Source: Catajapyx aquilonaris (lineage: Eukaryota). Taken from it: a stretch of DNA of 64,000 nt. The translations under genes were made by a program, and so were the position numbers. Shown here in pieces: positions 10,588 to 25,500 of the stretch. Within the stretch, counting starts at the first letter, position 1. Each line of letters opens with the position of its first letter. The notes beneath the pieces are model-generated. The model saw only the letters and a list, made by a program, of their open reading frames with translations, was not told where the DNA came from and searched no databases. The stretch is from positions 1-64,000 of the forward strand of contig JYFJ02001409.1 of NCBI GenBank assembly GCA_000934665.2. The letters run 5' to 3'.

Positions 10588-13500
10588 ATGAATCCACATG
10601 CGACACTCATCCTTGCAGTTCTCATATCAACCATACTAGGTAGATAATATTACGGGTCCACTGCATTATAATTTAATTTGTTTCTATGTGTTTTCTCCGG
10701 CAAAATGTCTAACTAAAAATTTCAGGAGTGATTCCACGAGGCTTCTCTGGAGCCCGCGAGGTGTCCGATCCTATCCTCAACATCTCTGTTGCCTATCTCA
10801 GGGGGCCCTGCTCAGACAACCCGTGCCCCAACGGTGGCAAATGCAGACGAACTTCCAGAATCTACGAGTACGAGTGCCTTTGCGACCCGGGCCTGTCACT
10901 GAAACCATGCGTAGACGGCGGCGTCTGCACGGAGTCCACCTGCCGAAAGGGTGGGACATGTGCCCCACTTGACGAGAAGTTCATCGAGTGCCACTGCCCA
11001 GAAGGCACAGGAGGAACATTTTGCCAAGATACGCCGACGTTAAGGCAATGCACCAAGGACACTTGTCATAACGGAGGCACTTGCAACGAGATGAACGATG
11101 GCACGACGGAGTGCCTGTGCGACGAACATTTTGCAGGAGCGACTTGCGAATTGAGTATGACTGCATCATGTGTGACTACAGGGTATATAGGGTATAGGCT
11201 ACTAATATGGGAAATTTATCAGGGAAGTTTCAGATGCCTGCAGGTGTGTACATCGAAGGACCGGCTGTTATTTCATACCGACTGAGGCTCTTTGCGTATG
11301 TGAGGGATCCAGGAGAAAGACTGCGAATGGTGGTGACAATTGACAATGGTGTGAGGTACACTTCCATGCATTTTGTGTACTACGCCAATGAAAGATTGGC
11401 AGAACGTCGGCTAGGTTTGGCACGAGGATCACTTCCCACAGGTAAGCCCTGTGAACATCACAACTGAACACAGCCCCGAGCACATGGGCAGCATAATTAT
11501 CGGTTATTTCGTTTATTGCAAAAATCAAGAATATGGCACACTGCGTCAATATCAGCTACTTGAAAATTCTGATGCCTTGTTATTATCCTTTTCCTCCAAC
11601 TAGAAATAATATACCCGTACACAAGAAAATCACAGATTGTGTAGCACATAACTCTTGCCATTCATCCTAACCATATTCTGAGCAACCCGCAAAACACACT
11701 TGTGTTCAGCCACCCAGGTTGCTCTCTTCTGTACTGCAGATTTACGACTTGTCACGTCTCATTTTGCAAAATTGCGAAGTGCGCTTTAAAATGCCAGTAT
11801 GTGAGAATTGCTTCACTAAAGACTATCGTATGATCTCAGGCTAAATGATAGTGACAAATATCTGTAGTAATTTCCTTGCCCGATGTCTCTCAGGAGCACG
11901 TTACATCTACCACTTCACTCACACATTCACTGAAGTGAGGCAGTATACAATTGGCCTAAAGTTATTGCAAGACGACCTTGTTGAATATGACTCTACTGAG
12001 AAACTAACTGTCAGCGGCCTAGAAAATTCTCAGCAAACCTGTGTTCCTGTTATTAATGTAGTCAACAGGTATGGTTCTTGTTGTAAGTAAATTGCAGAAC
12101 GTAGTGGAAATATGCTAATTAAAATTACAAATTTGACAGTGGAAGCAGCATGTTTTCTGCTCCTCACTATCTGAAAAGAAGCAACATGGTCATCAACAGT
12201 TACATAATGGAAAGTTGTGATCGAATCGTTGAGACAAAATGGTCATTATACATGGTTACTGAAGAAGAGCCATTTCCTTCAGGTGGGTACATTACAAAAG
12301 AAATTGTCAGGGCCAGGGAATTCCACGCAAGTATCATGTTGGAGTACCATAAAAAGTTAATCACACGTGTTTATACAGTAGTATAAAGGACATGTAATGA
12401 ATTAGTGAAAACGGAGCTGGCGGTTTTTGATTTTCACCCCCTCATATCACGTGATCCCATTGCATGTGTGTGGAAATTCTGATCATGATTTCCTTATAAT
12501 GTGTACTGTATTATGTTAAATCAAAATAATAATATGCGAAGATAGAATGTTTAATGTCTAGCTCACATCTTTCACTTTCGATTTTCAGACAAGAATGAGT
12601 TATCTATAGATTCAGTGCTTACAAGCAAATCAGCTTTATATTTGGAATTCCCTCCAATGTATTTTCCATATGGAATATATGCTGTAAAAATAACACTACT
12701 TGCATGGACTGGCGCCATCTACGATGAAACCTATGATGTCGTACGTTGAGTAGATTTGTTACTAGTAAGGTAAGCGTCCCAGTGGTCGACACGTTAACTG
12801 AGGAAAATAATTAACCTCAGACACTCTTTCCTCTGGGAATTAGTTAAAAAATCCTCGAAAAAATATCATTCGAATAGTCGCGACAGTGAGGTGATCAGTC
12901 AGCCCCAAAAGGATGTGAAATGTTCAATGCCAGATGTCTCATTTCCACTCAATATTGCTGCGTTCCCTTGTTATTTCGGTTCAAAATCTCCAGTGTCGAC
13001 CACTGGGGCACTGTCGACCACTGGTACTGTACACCTATCTTAAATGCTTCAGAGCATGAAATTAATGCACATGGATATAATTATCATAACAGGACTGGTT
13101 TTATGTTGATCCATCACCACTTCACGCGGAGATTCGAGGAGGCCCAGAACGAACAGTGCCATATGATGAAATTCTGCATCTGGATGCATCCTTATCTTTT
13201 GACCCGGATGCTGAAGACGACACTCACCTGACTTTTCAGTGGTACTGCAAACAGATTAAAGGAGCACCTAGTTCTGTTTGTGAGGAAGTAGAAGACGAAC
13301 CTCCTGATGGTTTGGATTGGATTGAGATTCAAGCTAACAAGTTGACAAAAGGTGCCAAGTATAAGTTCACAGTAGTTGTCATAGACACCAAAATGCAAGG
13401 AAGAAAGGAATCCACAGCATATCAAGTGGTGCACTTAGAGGGGGATGGGCCAGTATTGGATTTGCAGTAAGTCAAGTACAGGAATTTGAATAGGCAAGAA

Positions 13501-16500
13501 AAAAAGTGACCCAACTCCAGAGAAGCAAATTTTTCAGGAGAGCATAAAAACCTTATAGTGACCATAATAATTGGAATATATGGATATGTAATTTTCCACA
13601 TATGCTACAAGTACAGTCCAGCCAGAAAGTTTAGGGACACCCTCCCAAACTGTACTTCTTCCTCCTGTCCCTAGACTTTTGGACAAATCTGCTTTTTTCC
13701 TGCACCAGTGAATTTCACGTAAAAAAAATTATCCATTACAACATATTAGCGTTTAAAGTGTACGCCTAATACAGTCTGCGTAATTAATTATTAAAGTATT
13801 TTAATATTGCTGTGTTTATGACACTTTCTAAGCTGTCATCTTTTCCCTCCTGGAAATGCTGAAATGTATGACTATGAAATTCCGAAGAAAAATATAGTAG
13901 TTCAAAAGGTACTGTATGTGGTAGTAACTTAAGAAAAATTTCCTTGGCAAAGTAAAAAAAAAAAAGGCGAAATGGGAAAAAAAGTTTAGTCCATACAAAA
14001 TCCAATACTAAATTGGCAATATCACTCACACAATGGCACCATTTTTTTTACTTTGACAAAGAAATTTTTCTAATTTTTTCTTAAGTTACTACCACATTGT
14101 GCTACCACATATACCTTTTGGACTATTTTTCTTCGGGATTTCATAGTCATACACGTCAGCGTTTCCACGAGGGAAAAGATGACAGCTTAGATGAAAGTGT
14201 CATAAACACAGCAATATTAAAATACTTCAGTAATTAATTACGCAGACTGTATCAGGGTGTTGCTAGTGTTAAGCCGAGACGTTCATGTGTCAATAGGACC
14301 ATGGACGTGGCTGAGGCTAGGGTTGCTTGTTTGGATAGGTGTAAATGGCGTAGGTTAATTAATGGGTAAATAGGTAAATATGTCTGAGGATAAGGTCATG
14401 TCTGAGGTGGGCAGGGGTGGGGGGGGGGGACAGGTTGTTTTTAGGTTCTTTCTCATGAGTTTTATTAGTTCATATGTTGGGTTAGCTTGCGTCTCCCTTC
14501 ATCGCTGACTACCCCTCATAGGGAAATGTCGTGATGTTGTTGTTGTTGTTGTTGTTGTTGTTGCATCAGGCGTACACTTCAAACTAATATGTCGTGATGA
14601 ATAATTTGTTTGCGTAAAATTCACTGGTGCAGGAAAAAATAGATTTGTCCAAAAGTTTGGGGACAGGAAGAAGTACAGTTTGGGAGGGTGTCCCTAAACT
14701 GGACTGTACAGTGTACATGCATGCTAAAGTTCATATAATATTTGGTCTGCAAGAAACATGTGTTACACAAGATGTAGGAAATATTTTCAGGCAGAGGAGT
14801 TGGGTCATTCCTCGTCTTGCCAGAGTTATTAACCAAAATGACCTATTTTAATAGCAGTACATTTATCGGTTCAGGATCATTGGTACAACTTCCCATATTT
14901 GCTCATATCAGATGTCACATTTATTATCATCTGGGGAAGAAATACTGTTTATACAGGCATAATATTCGCCTTTGACAAAAGTGGACGAACAAGATGCAGA
15001 GTAAACCAACTCCCTCTTGTTACATTCTTAGCCAGTTTGTTTTCCCCCACTTAGAGGTGGAGTTAGATCATTCTGTTTCTTGGGTGGGTAGTTATAGCCA
15101 TGCACTACAAGAATCAACCATAAAGTGCATTTCTCATATGGGAGTTGGGTGACTTCTCTTCTTGCCTATTCAATTAATTGCCTATCTTTGCTCTTTGTCA
15201 GTCATACTAAAACATTGTGTAATATGCAGGTAATATGTACACTCATATTTGGAATTTGCTTAATTATAGGGTATTACTGATGTTATTATACTAACAGTGT
15301 AATAATTATATGACTTAAGATCAATTATAAAATAGCCATAAGATCTTACAGTTAGACTTTATCTTATTTGATATTCATTACGCCTGCATGTGCATATCAG
15401 TCAAGCATAGTAAATAAGTCAGTATATTTTAGACCCTAAATAACTTAGCTTATGTTACACAATAGCACTACTGAACTCTGATAACTGTAAACTATGAACT
15501 CTACAGGTTCCCTATGTCCAAATGCCCAAGAGTTAATTTAATGATTTGACATTGTGCACAATTCGACATAATAATTCAAACAGCAATGTGCACGGTATTG
15601 TGTGCTTTACAGATGCCGTCAGAACTGCTTCCCTAAAACTAACCCCTATGAAAAGATTTACCTTCGAGCTATCTGCCAAGATAATTGCCCTGTTCTACAT
15701 GCCCAGTGGACTGTATTACTTAATGGGCAGACGGTGGATGGTCTGATAAATGGAAATGTTGATGAAATGCTGATTCCACCCAAGGCACTGACATTAGTTG
15801 GGCAATACATGATTAAATACAAAGGTAGGTACTAATGTGCATAACTTTAACTTGTATAATCAAAATTACATTAAAAATTCAGTGGCAAATGGTAATTCAA
15901 GCAGACAATAATTGTTGCATGAAGCTAATTGCCAGTTTTTCTGTGATACTGCCTATTATTATCAATCTGCCAAGGTACATGATTACTTTTTGAAATTCTG
16001 TTATGGGATGTAAATGATTTTTTTCATTGTCATTTCTGGCGAAATGGATAACAACCTCACCATCCGAGTGCAATTACTCATACAGTTATGTAATATTCAC
16101 AACATTTTGCAACTAGTCTATAAGCCAAAACAGATCTCTGTATAACACTAACATTGCCAGCTTGCCAGAGTATGCGCCTTTCAGACTGTGTTCCACATCT
16201 AATGGTATTAGAAAAAGTCCTCCAATATTTTCTGCAGCAACCAATTCCAAAGGACAAGAGGGATATTCCACATACCTCTTGCACATGAACACACCTCCTC
16301 AAAATGGACATTGCAGTTTGTATCCAAAGGAAGGAATTGCACTTAAAACAGCTTTTGATATCAACTGTTCCGATTTTGAAGATGAAGATGTACCAGTAAC
16401 GTACACTGTGCTCCAAAAGGTATCCAAAGACCTGACAGGGATCCACCTCCTCTATCATGATATCGTACCTCCAACTCTTGGTGTCCTCCTCAATGTGGGA

Positions 16501-19500
16501 GATGAGGAAACAGGCTACTTATCTACTGTTTTCATAAGAGTGGAAGACAATTTAGGAGACTATATTGCAATAAATTTTTCTGTTCTTGTTACACCATTGA
16601 AAGAGAACTCTTCAACCACCATTGACACACTGTCAGAAGTCAGCGGGGTAAGATATAAAGATGACAATGTCATGAAGCAATTGCTGGAAGATGGTGCCAC
16701 ATCCAGTAAGTGTGCTTTATCTATTGCCATATGTAAAAGAAAGGTGTATGCCAACCAAGTGACTTCCAAACATCTAGAAGAACATATGTACAGAAACAAA
16801 AACATCATGACATATTCTCAATGTACAGTACATTATACGTGACTTGTTGTCACAGGGCAACATTTTGTTGCTGTGCATCTTTCTTTAACTCATGGCAATG
16901 CAGCAAGGCCATATCCACAGATGTAGTGTTTAGGGCAACAATGTAAGCTAATAAACGTTGAACACTAGGTGCTTTGCAAGTAGCATCATGCATTGTGCAT
17001 ACTCTTACTACCATCCCAGAAGAAAATCAAGAAGCAGAAGATAAAATTCTATTAGAAGTTGCTGACACTCTTACTCAAATACCTATTGTTGGAGTTTCAT
17101 CAGTGAGGCAAGTGTCTCAAATTGTTGCTGATATGTTGCAAGATGATGTTGGCAGTCATAAGATGTCATCCAAGGCTGCATCAACAGTGAGGCATGCAGC
17201 TGATGAACTGAGGATGGAAGTTGTTAACAACGAGATTCCAGTTCCAATTGAGGATGTATTTAACAGTTCCCTGTAGGTTACATTACATATTAGCAATGCA
17301 TATCATTTATTGCCTTACCACATAGGCTATGTTTTCAGAAATTTGTTTGAAGCCTCCTCTACTCTATTGGAACCATCAGAAATAAAAGGAGGAAATATAT
17401 CTGTGGATGCTGTTGATGTCTTGATGGAAAATGAAGACTTGCATAATCGAGACTATGTAATGTCTGAAACAGAAGAGGAATGGGAACGTGACCTAGTTAA
17501 CAAACTTGTGTCTGGTTCAGTGGTTCAGTCCATGGTAAAAATGACTGATGCATTATCCAAAGTGAAAGTTCAAGGTGAAGGAAAATATGGGCTTATTGGC
17601 GCATCTATCAACATCACTGTGGAAAAGATAGAATCAAAGGATGTAGAAGGAAAGAGAGTACAAGCATATAATGGTGATACCTTACTGATCCCAAATCCAG
17701 TCCTAAACATGCCAGGGAATGTAACTACAGTAGATGTCCAATTAACCAGTATGAAAAATAATCCTTTCTGGTGGGATCCCCTGACACCAATACTCAACAC
17801 TGCTGTGCTGGGCCTTGACCTAAAAGATAGTGAAAATGAAGAGGACATATCAACAGTGGTTGATGAAAATCATCCTATTAATCTAATATTCAATGTCGAC
17901 ATTAAATGTGAAAAGATTTATGAATATAGTCTTCCAATAATTCCACACCATCAACTTGAAGACAAAGATATTCATGTTCATCGAGTTGTGCTGCCTAAGG
18001 ACATGAATTTGTATGTCACTTTTGCAGGCATACCAACAGAAATAGAGATTTTGGTAATATGTCTTTGGATATTGCTTGGGTGGGTGGAAGGGCTTGCTAT
18101 TTTTTTAAATACTTTCATATAGCAACAAAAATTAGTGGGGGCTACAGTATAACAATAACCTGCTGAATGATTTCATTCCTTGTAGGTACTAGCTACAAGC
18201 AGTGCCCGTCCCTCTGTGACAGATATTATTACAAGTGGTCAGAGCCTGCCTAGATACAGCACAGGAGCAGATCCCTATGGAATAATTGTAAAAGCTACAC
18301 AGAATGTTGAAGATCGAAACCAATTTTACATTGGAATATTACCAACCAATGAGACCATAAGGAAGCTTCTTCCACATAATGCCCTTGATGAATTTCCAAA
18401 GCAGGTAAAAGACCAACCAGTGTGTAATATGTATCAACCTCAATGAATGCAAGCTTTGTTTCAGTCCATTCAGGCAGACATTAACAAGAACTGCACAACA
18501 CTTACACGCTATCCTAAGCAGTCAAAAGTGACACTTTCCTATGAGATGAAAACATATTCAGGAAGATGTGTCCTTTGGGATGAAACAGGAGAATCCTGGA
18601 AAGACACCTTGTGTGAAGTACTCAACACTTTTCAATAAATCAGTGTCAAATATAACTTATTGTATGCTTCTGACATGTTATCCATTACACAGGTTGGAGA
18701 ACAAACACAAGAAGGCAAACTTCACTGCAAGTGCACCCACTTGTCAATGTTTAGTGGAAGTCTTCTTGTTGCACCCAACCCTCTAGACCCAATGCTGGAC
18801 ATTGACTTCATCCTTTCTGTGAATCGAAACCCAGTCATTGTGTCATTTGTGGTTTGCATCTTGGTTCTCTTTTTAGGGCTTCTGATTTGGGCAAGCAGAA
18901 AGGATAAACAGGATACAGAGATGGTATAATATTGTTACTGTATAATGTATATTTAACTATTTACTTATTCCAACCTGCCAAAGTTTTGCTCGCCTCAAGC
19001 CCTCAACATGGCCAAATACTTCCTTTAGGCAGTTGCGTAAGCAGAGGGGCAAGGGGACCAGGACCCCCAAACACCTTAGAGATAATATTAGTAAAAACAT
19101 GACATGTATGTAACTAAATCATGATTATTTGAAAAAAGGTAGTATATTTCTAAGTCCTAAATAAAATAATGACATTATTCACTCCACCAAAATATTACTG
19201 TGGTGCACACAGCTTTTCTTCCTTTTTTACTCTTTATCCTCATCAGACCCAAGAAAAATTGTCCAGCACAATGTCAGTTCATGAATATTCCCCAACCCTT
19301 CCCCAAACCAAAAAATTTCTCTGCCTACACCACTGGCTTAGTACATCATCTGTACACTGGCACAATGCATCCCGATAATGGTATAGTGGCTAGTGTTTTT
19401 TTTTACTACTAGTAAAGGGCAATCCAAATGAAAACAGCCCAGTTGACCCAATGATTGAGAAGAACTAAAGGATTCAAAAATTCTGGGCCTTAGAAAAGAG

Positions 19501-22500
19501 TCCTGCAAATGTTTTAAATCAGGAAATATAAGGCCTTTGACAACATATTTATACACTGGCTAACGTACAGTTTTGGTTTCAAGCCCCCACAGATGAGTGA
19601 AACCCACTGATAAACAGAACATATTTATGATTTTAAATGTGGTCCTGTTACATATTGTAACAAGTTAGACATTTCTGTGAGAGTGCAAAATTGTATCAGT
19701 GGCAGCTGTTTGTACAAAACAGTGACTCCAGATATGTTAGCAACTTGTCCCTAGAATTACTATCACCTTATGCCAGCTTGTTTCTAATATTTCAAGGGTA
19801 AAATTCGGGTGTGGGTCATTTCACCGACACCCACCCGGCCGACAGGCCATTTCACCGACAGACATTTCACCGACATACCCATTCCACCGACAAGCCATTT
19901 CACCGACAAGCCATTTCACTGACATACCCATTTCACCGACAGACATTTCACCGACATACCCATTCCACCGACACGCCATTTCACCGACAAGGAGGTTCCC
20001 CGACAGGGCGTTTCACCGACAGTCATTTGATCGACAAATTTACCCACACAATTCCAATATGAAAACCATCCAGTCACTGGAGAGACGGGGTCCAGATCAC
20101 ACCTCATTTTCGCAGCGCCCCTTATGGAAGGAACCACCTGACAGATGTATCCCATTTCTATAAAATATAAACGGAGCATACATTTCCAATTACATTGCAT
20201 GAATGAAATACTTGTAGTCAGACACCCGGACAACAACTGCTTACCGGGGAAGCTGTAGGTGACGACCTGATTCGCTAAAAGATATTCTCGTGGGAAACGT
20301 GAAAATGAGGTGTGATCTGGACCCCGTCTCTCCAGTGACTGGATGGTTTTCATATCGGAATTGTGTGGGTAAATTTGTCGATCAAATGACAGTCGGTGAA
20401 ACGCCCTGTCGGGGAACTCCTTGTCGGTGAAATGGCTTGTCGGTGGAATGGGTATGTCGGTGAAATGAGTATGTCGGTGAAATGTCTGTCGGTGAAATGG
20501 CCTGTCGGCCAGGTGGGTGTCGGTGAAATGACCCGCTCCGGTAAAATTCACCTACCTATTGTAACTGCATATAAAAATTTGATAACTCTGTTTTTTTCCA
20601 GTTGTGGGCAAATATCCTAGATGACAATGACCTAAGAGACTGTTATCCATACCTCATTGTAGTCTGCACTGGATACCGCCTAGGTGCTGGTACATCTGCA
20701 AACGTTGTAATGCAACTTCAGGGACTCTTCACCAAGTCCAAGCCCCATCTATTAAAATCATCAGGAACAAAGGTTCTGGGAAGAGGACACCAAGATTACT
20801 TCCTCATGACAACAAGAACTTGTTTAGGTGAACTTGCACACTTGCACCTGTGGCATGATGGGTCAGGAATAGCATCTTCTTGGTATTGCTCCAAAGTACT
20901 CGTACGTGACTTGAAGACAAATCGCTCCTGGTGTTTTTTGGTGCATCAGTGGTTGTCTGTAATACATGGGAGAAAGACATTGCGTTGCACAGTGGAACCA
21001 GCAACAACAGACGATATTACATCATGGTCATACCTCATCAAGCATGAAACATTCTGTGCACTGCAGAGAGACCATGCATGGATCAGTATATTTGTCAGGT
21101 GCTGTACCAGTATATATATACACCAGCACACATGTCTACTGTATAAGAAACAGAACACCTACAACATAATAATTAGAATTATTGCGTAGATTCTTTTATG
21201 AAACAATTTATTACACTATTTTATATTAGGTAGGGTAAAGTGCCCTAATTTCATACCTGTGCCTAATTTTGTGCCATGTGCCAGCAACAGTGGAAAACTT
21301 CTGGATTATTGTTTACAAAGGAGAATAATTTTTACTAACTTACTGCATGTGATCTTTCATGGATGTCTTTTCAGTTTGGCCCATGGTTTAGCCATAGGAA
21401 AACAGCTTGCCATTCACCATTGCTCATCCATTCTGTATAGAAATGCAAAAATTGGGTCGAAAATGGAAAAGAATATCCTTAAAAAGACACCCTGCTCTTA
21501 CTATGAGGAAGCCTGAAAAGTCAGTGGCTCGAATCCAAAGTTTTACTAGAGAAAATGTGATAAAATTATTCTCCATTATTCAATTGGAACTCGAAAAAAT
21601 TCATTATGGTGTTATATTCAACGCAGATGAGACCAGGATCTTTGTTATTCAACTGGAGACTTCTCGAGATATTTCAGCTATTTTTTAAAAAAGTCCAAAA
21701 ACGTTCTTCTGTTGAGCATGCTGCACTACGAGCCCATAATGATAGGAACGAAATTAGGTACATTTTTCAAAAACCAGAAATGAAAGTGTTTTCACTTTTT
21801 TAATGTTGTGGTTTTTTTATAATAATTTTTTAAAAAGCTTTCTTTTGCAGAGTATCATAGCAAAGCATTCGATATATTAAAATCCATTTCCCTACATTCA
21901 TTTCCATCACTCATCATTCATTCATTTCCTAACAAGAGAAACAAAATGTTATGGATATAATGAGGACACTTTACCCTAGATATTAATCTTGGTTTATTTA
22001 TAAAATTGTTCTTAATTATACTTTACTTCAGACACTCCCGAAGTATTTTTACTAGATGCCAAAGAGTAGGTTGCTGCATGAGTATTCTAACAACAGCTAT
22101 GCTGGCAAACATCATGTTTTATGGTGTGCCCAGTGAGGACCCAGCAACACAACTTGATTTTGGTCACTTCAGCATCTCCTATGATGCAATTATCATTGGG
22201 ATAGAGGCAGGGTTGATAACCTTACCAATCAACCTCGCCATAATTTTTCTCTTCAGGTAATACCCATTAAGCATGTAAAAATTACTCCAGTTATTAGTAT
22301 AATCCTTCCTAATATACAAGTGTTAAACTGTTGTCTAGCTCATGCAAGCCACGGAAAAACCTGAAATATTATGAGGTCATCTTCACTGAAGATGAGTCTA
22401 CAAGTTCCCTTTCATCTTCAAAGGCATACTTCAAGAATGCTGAAAGTAGTATGAAGCTGCTAAGCTTGCCCAACAGAAAGGGCCACAGGCTCAGTATTGA

Positions 22501-25500
22501 GCCTCTCATTTTGGAAGTGTCTGTAGTAGATCCACCAGAAGAGGAGCTGTATGAGGTCAAAATAGAAGATATACTAAATGACTCATGCCAGTTGAAAAGT
22601 AATCAGGTTCCAATTAGACCAGTAGAAAGTGAGTGGCGTCCCTTACCTTGGTGGTGCATGTACATTGCCTGGGGCATCTGTATTAGCATTATTATTACAT
22701 CATGCATCTTGGTTTCATTATACGGACTTCGGTATGGCCCTAATCGCAGCTGGTTATGGGTTCTGTCCATATTGGTATCATTTCTCCAGAGTGTTTTCAT
22801 TAATCAGACCCTCAAAGTTGTCCTTACCACGTGGCTGTATTTTGGGATAACAAAGCAAGAACCTATTGTGGAAGAGGAGCTCACTGTTCCTTTACAAGTA
22901 CCAGACCTAGGCCATGGACAGGAAAGGAGAAAGTCATTCACAGCCACTGTTTATCAAACATATCGCCCTTTGCCACCAAAAGACATCTCGGTATGGGTGT
23001 TAACAGTGGTGTAACAACTAGGGGGGCAGGGTATACATTGCCCCCTCCTAAAATTACGAAAGGAGCACCTGACTCAGAGGGCGGGAAAAGGTGGGCGGAA
23101 AATAACAGACAAGTCTTATATATCCGGATTCAACTGTACTTGTACATTGGAAATATTAAGGGCCCGACCTTTCTACTTGCTTATATTCAATGTGCTTACA
23201 GTATACAGTACAACCTCGATATAACACTGTTCAAGGGACCTCCCAAAAGTAGCATTACAAGAGGGATAGCGATATACATAAAATACGGTATGATTTAATT
23301 AAAGCTTTTCTCGGGAAATGAATTCCTTCACTTTTGCTATGTAGATTGAAGCCTATAAACCATGTTAACCTGAACTGACCTGCCCGCGTACCACGTAGTC
23401 TATCCCGACAGTGTTTTAGGACCACTCTCATCCAGAGGTATTTCATTTCTCAAGCTTAAACTTTATACGGGAAAAAATTAAAAGTGTAAGCTGTAAGGTA
23501 CTGTTGAAAGCGTCTTCAAAAGAGCTGTAAGACAAAAGAGAACGGCCATCCTAGGTTCCATGGAAGCTGAGATTTTAATTGTTTTGTACGTTAAAAATAT
23601 CGACAAAAACCTACATTTTCAACTACAAAAATATTAATAAATGAAGGTGACCATCACGCATTGACACGTGGTTTTTTTCTTATGACAAGAAATAAACGCC
23701 AAACAAGTAGAAAATCTGCAAAATATTTTTTTAAATTTGTATCCGATTTAGAAATTTTTAAACATTCCGTCACTTTCCTCCCCATAATCGCGATTATGAG
23801 GAGGAAAGTGACGTTATATGCGGGATAAATGTCTCTGGGGACCAGGGAAATCTAGCAGTATATGCAGGAAAGCATTAAAAGTGGGAGGTGCTATAAGCAG
23901 GACAATACCACTGGGCTTTATGGATTATGGGGATGATCAAGGGACCGGAAAAAAGGAGTATTAAAGGCGGGAAAGTGTTATGTGCGGGAGCGTTATATCG
24001 AGGTTTTACCGTATAAAGATTCCACTGTACTTTTTCAGTTACATTCACCTACGCTTGTGTGTTGTATGACCTTGAGCACTTTGGCACTTTTCTCATTCCG
24101 CCTATTACAAGTTAGACATCCTTTTGTGCAGTTCTAAAAATTCATTAGAATAAGCTCTGGGAGGAGGGGGCACCAAAATGCTTGCCCCCCTCAACTGAAA
24201 TGTTGTTGCACCGCTGGGTGTTAGCAATATCAGCATATGCATTATGCAATCAGTTAATATGAAACATACTTAATATTTCAGAAACTGAAATCTGCAGGAG
24301 TCCTATCCACTGAAACAAAAAAATACATACGAGGCACACTAATATTTGTCCTCTTTTTCACTTCCGTGCTTATACTCGTGTACAACAACAAGAATGAACT
24401 TGCTTATTATAGCACAAATACAGTGGCAGCAATGACAATCCAAGGAAATTATTTTGATGACGGCTTACCGCTGTATAAAGTTTCCCTTAACGAGGAGTAA
24501 GTACCTCATTATGTGAGTTCTCTCAAATTCATAGTTTCATAATCCATTCAGATGAGAACAAATGAAAGATTTTACCATAGTGTATGCATGATATTTAAAT
24601 GTCAAAATAGTATTTGATGCAAGTGTGATACAAGTTTGATTTATGGTAGGCCTATAACTTAAACCCAAACCTAATAATTATGTTGACTGGGATGCTCACA
24701 GCAGACATGCAACTCAGGTACCTCATATTGGTTTCCATTCTTATCAGAGCTCTGAAGGCATCTAAGGAACTGATAATACTGTATGCCTGCAGTTTGTTTA
24801 ACCCTTTGAGGGCTATGAGCCTCACATGGATGGTGTTATGTAATAATGCGTCAACCCACATGATACCGTTTTGAGGAAAAGGGCTTTGAAGGTCATACCT
24901 GTGAAAATAATTCGGTGTTCAGTGTAATTTTAACTGAATTAAGTAGGATCCTTTAGGTATATGTTCCTGGGCTTAACTGGGCTTGACATTTTTGTGAGTT
25001 GGCCCATTATTGCATACCACCGTCCATATGAGGTCCTGCGGGTTTTTGAACTGGGCACACTAGAGTTTTAGACAGAAATGGCCTTTGAGGCTCAAACTGC
25101 TCCTACCACCTCGGGGAAGGGGGCTCAACTACCATGGCGTATGGCATATGCTAACCCCCCTCCCTCGGAGTCAGAACAGGGTGGCCTGTAAGTCTGGACT
25201 CTTACTCTCTTAGGAATTTCTCATAGTGCAGTGTTTTAGCATTATTTTAAAACCATAGTAACAGTTTTATAGTGACTTTAAAAATTTAAATAAATTTAAT
25301 TACATTTAAAGTGAATTCCATAAAGCTGACTGAAAGAAAATGTACTCTGAAAGATCAGTTAATCATGCTTTATCATAAGTAGCCAATAGCCAAATATCAC
25401 TAGGATGTATCTGACTGGAATCAATAGGGTCAATCAGATGGTCATAAGTAGCCTAAATATGATCTGTTCTATAACAGAACACATGCTTACTTGTTACCAT

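Larger units (their letters stand above)
13486..15174. mobile_element. Outer MITE of nested insertion in polycystin intron
   Basis: ttgaataggcaagaa...gtgacccaactcc versus ggagttgggtgac...ttcttgcctattcaa. Confidence 0.65.

Noticed and set aside
16162..16237. N-terminal part of the 226-aa ORF as polycystin coding sequence
   Set aside because: Splicing TACAAAG (~15823) to ctgcag|CAACC (16238) gives YKATNSKG in frame, so this part is probably intronic.
19811..20620. Repetitive ORFs (PFHRQTFHRH...) and a CRISPR-like look
   Set aside because: They are translations of the ttcaccgaca subterminal repeats of a foldback element; there are no unique spacers or cas genes and the context is eukaryotic.
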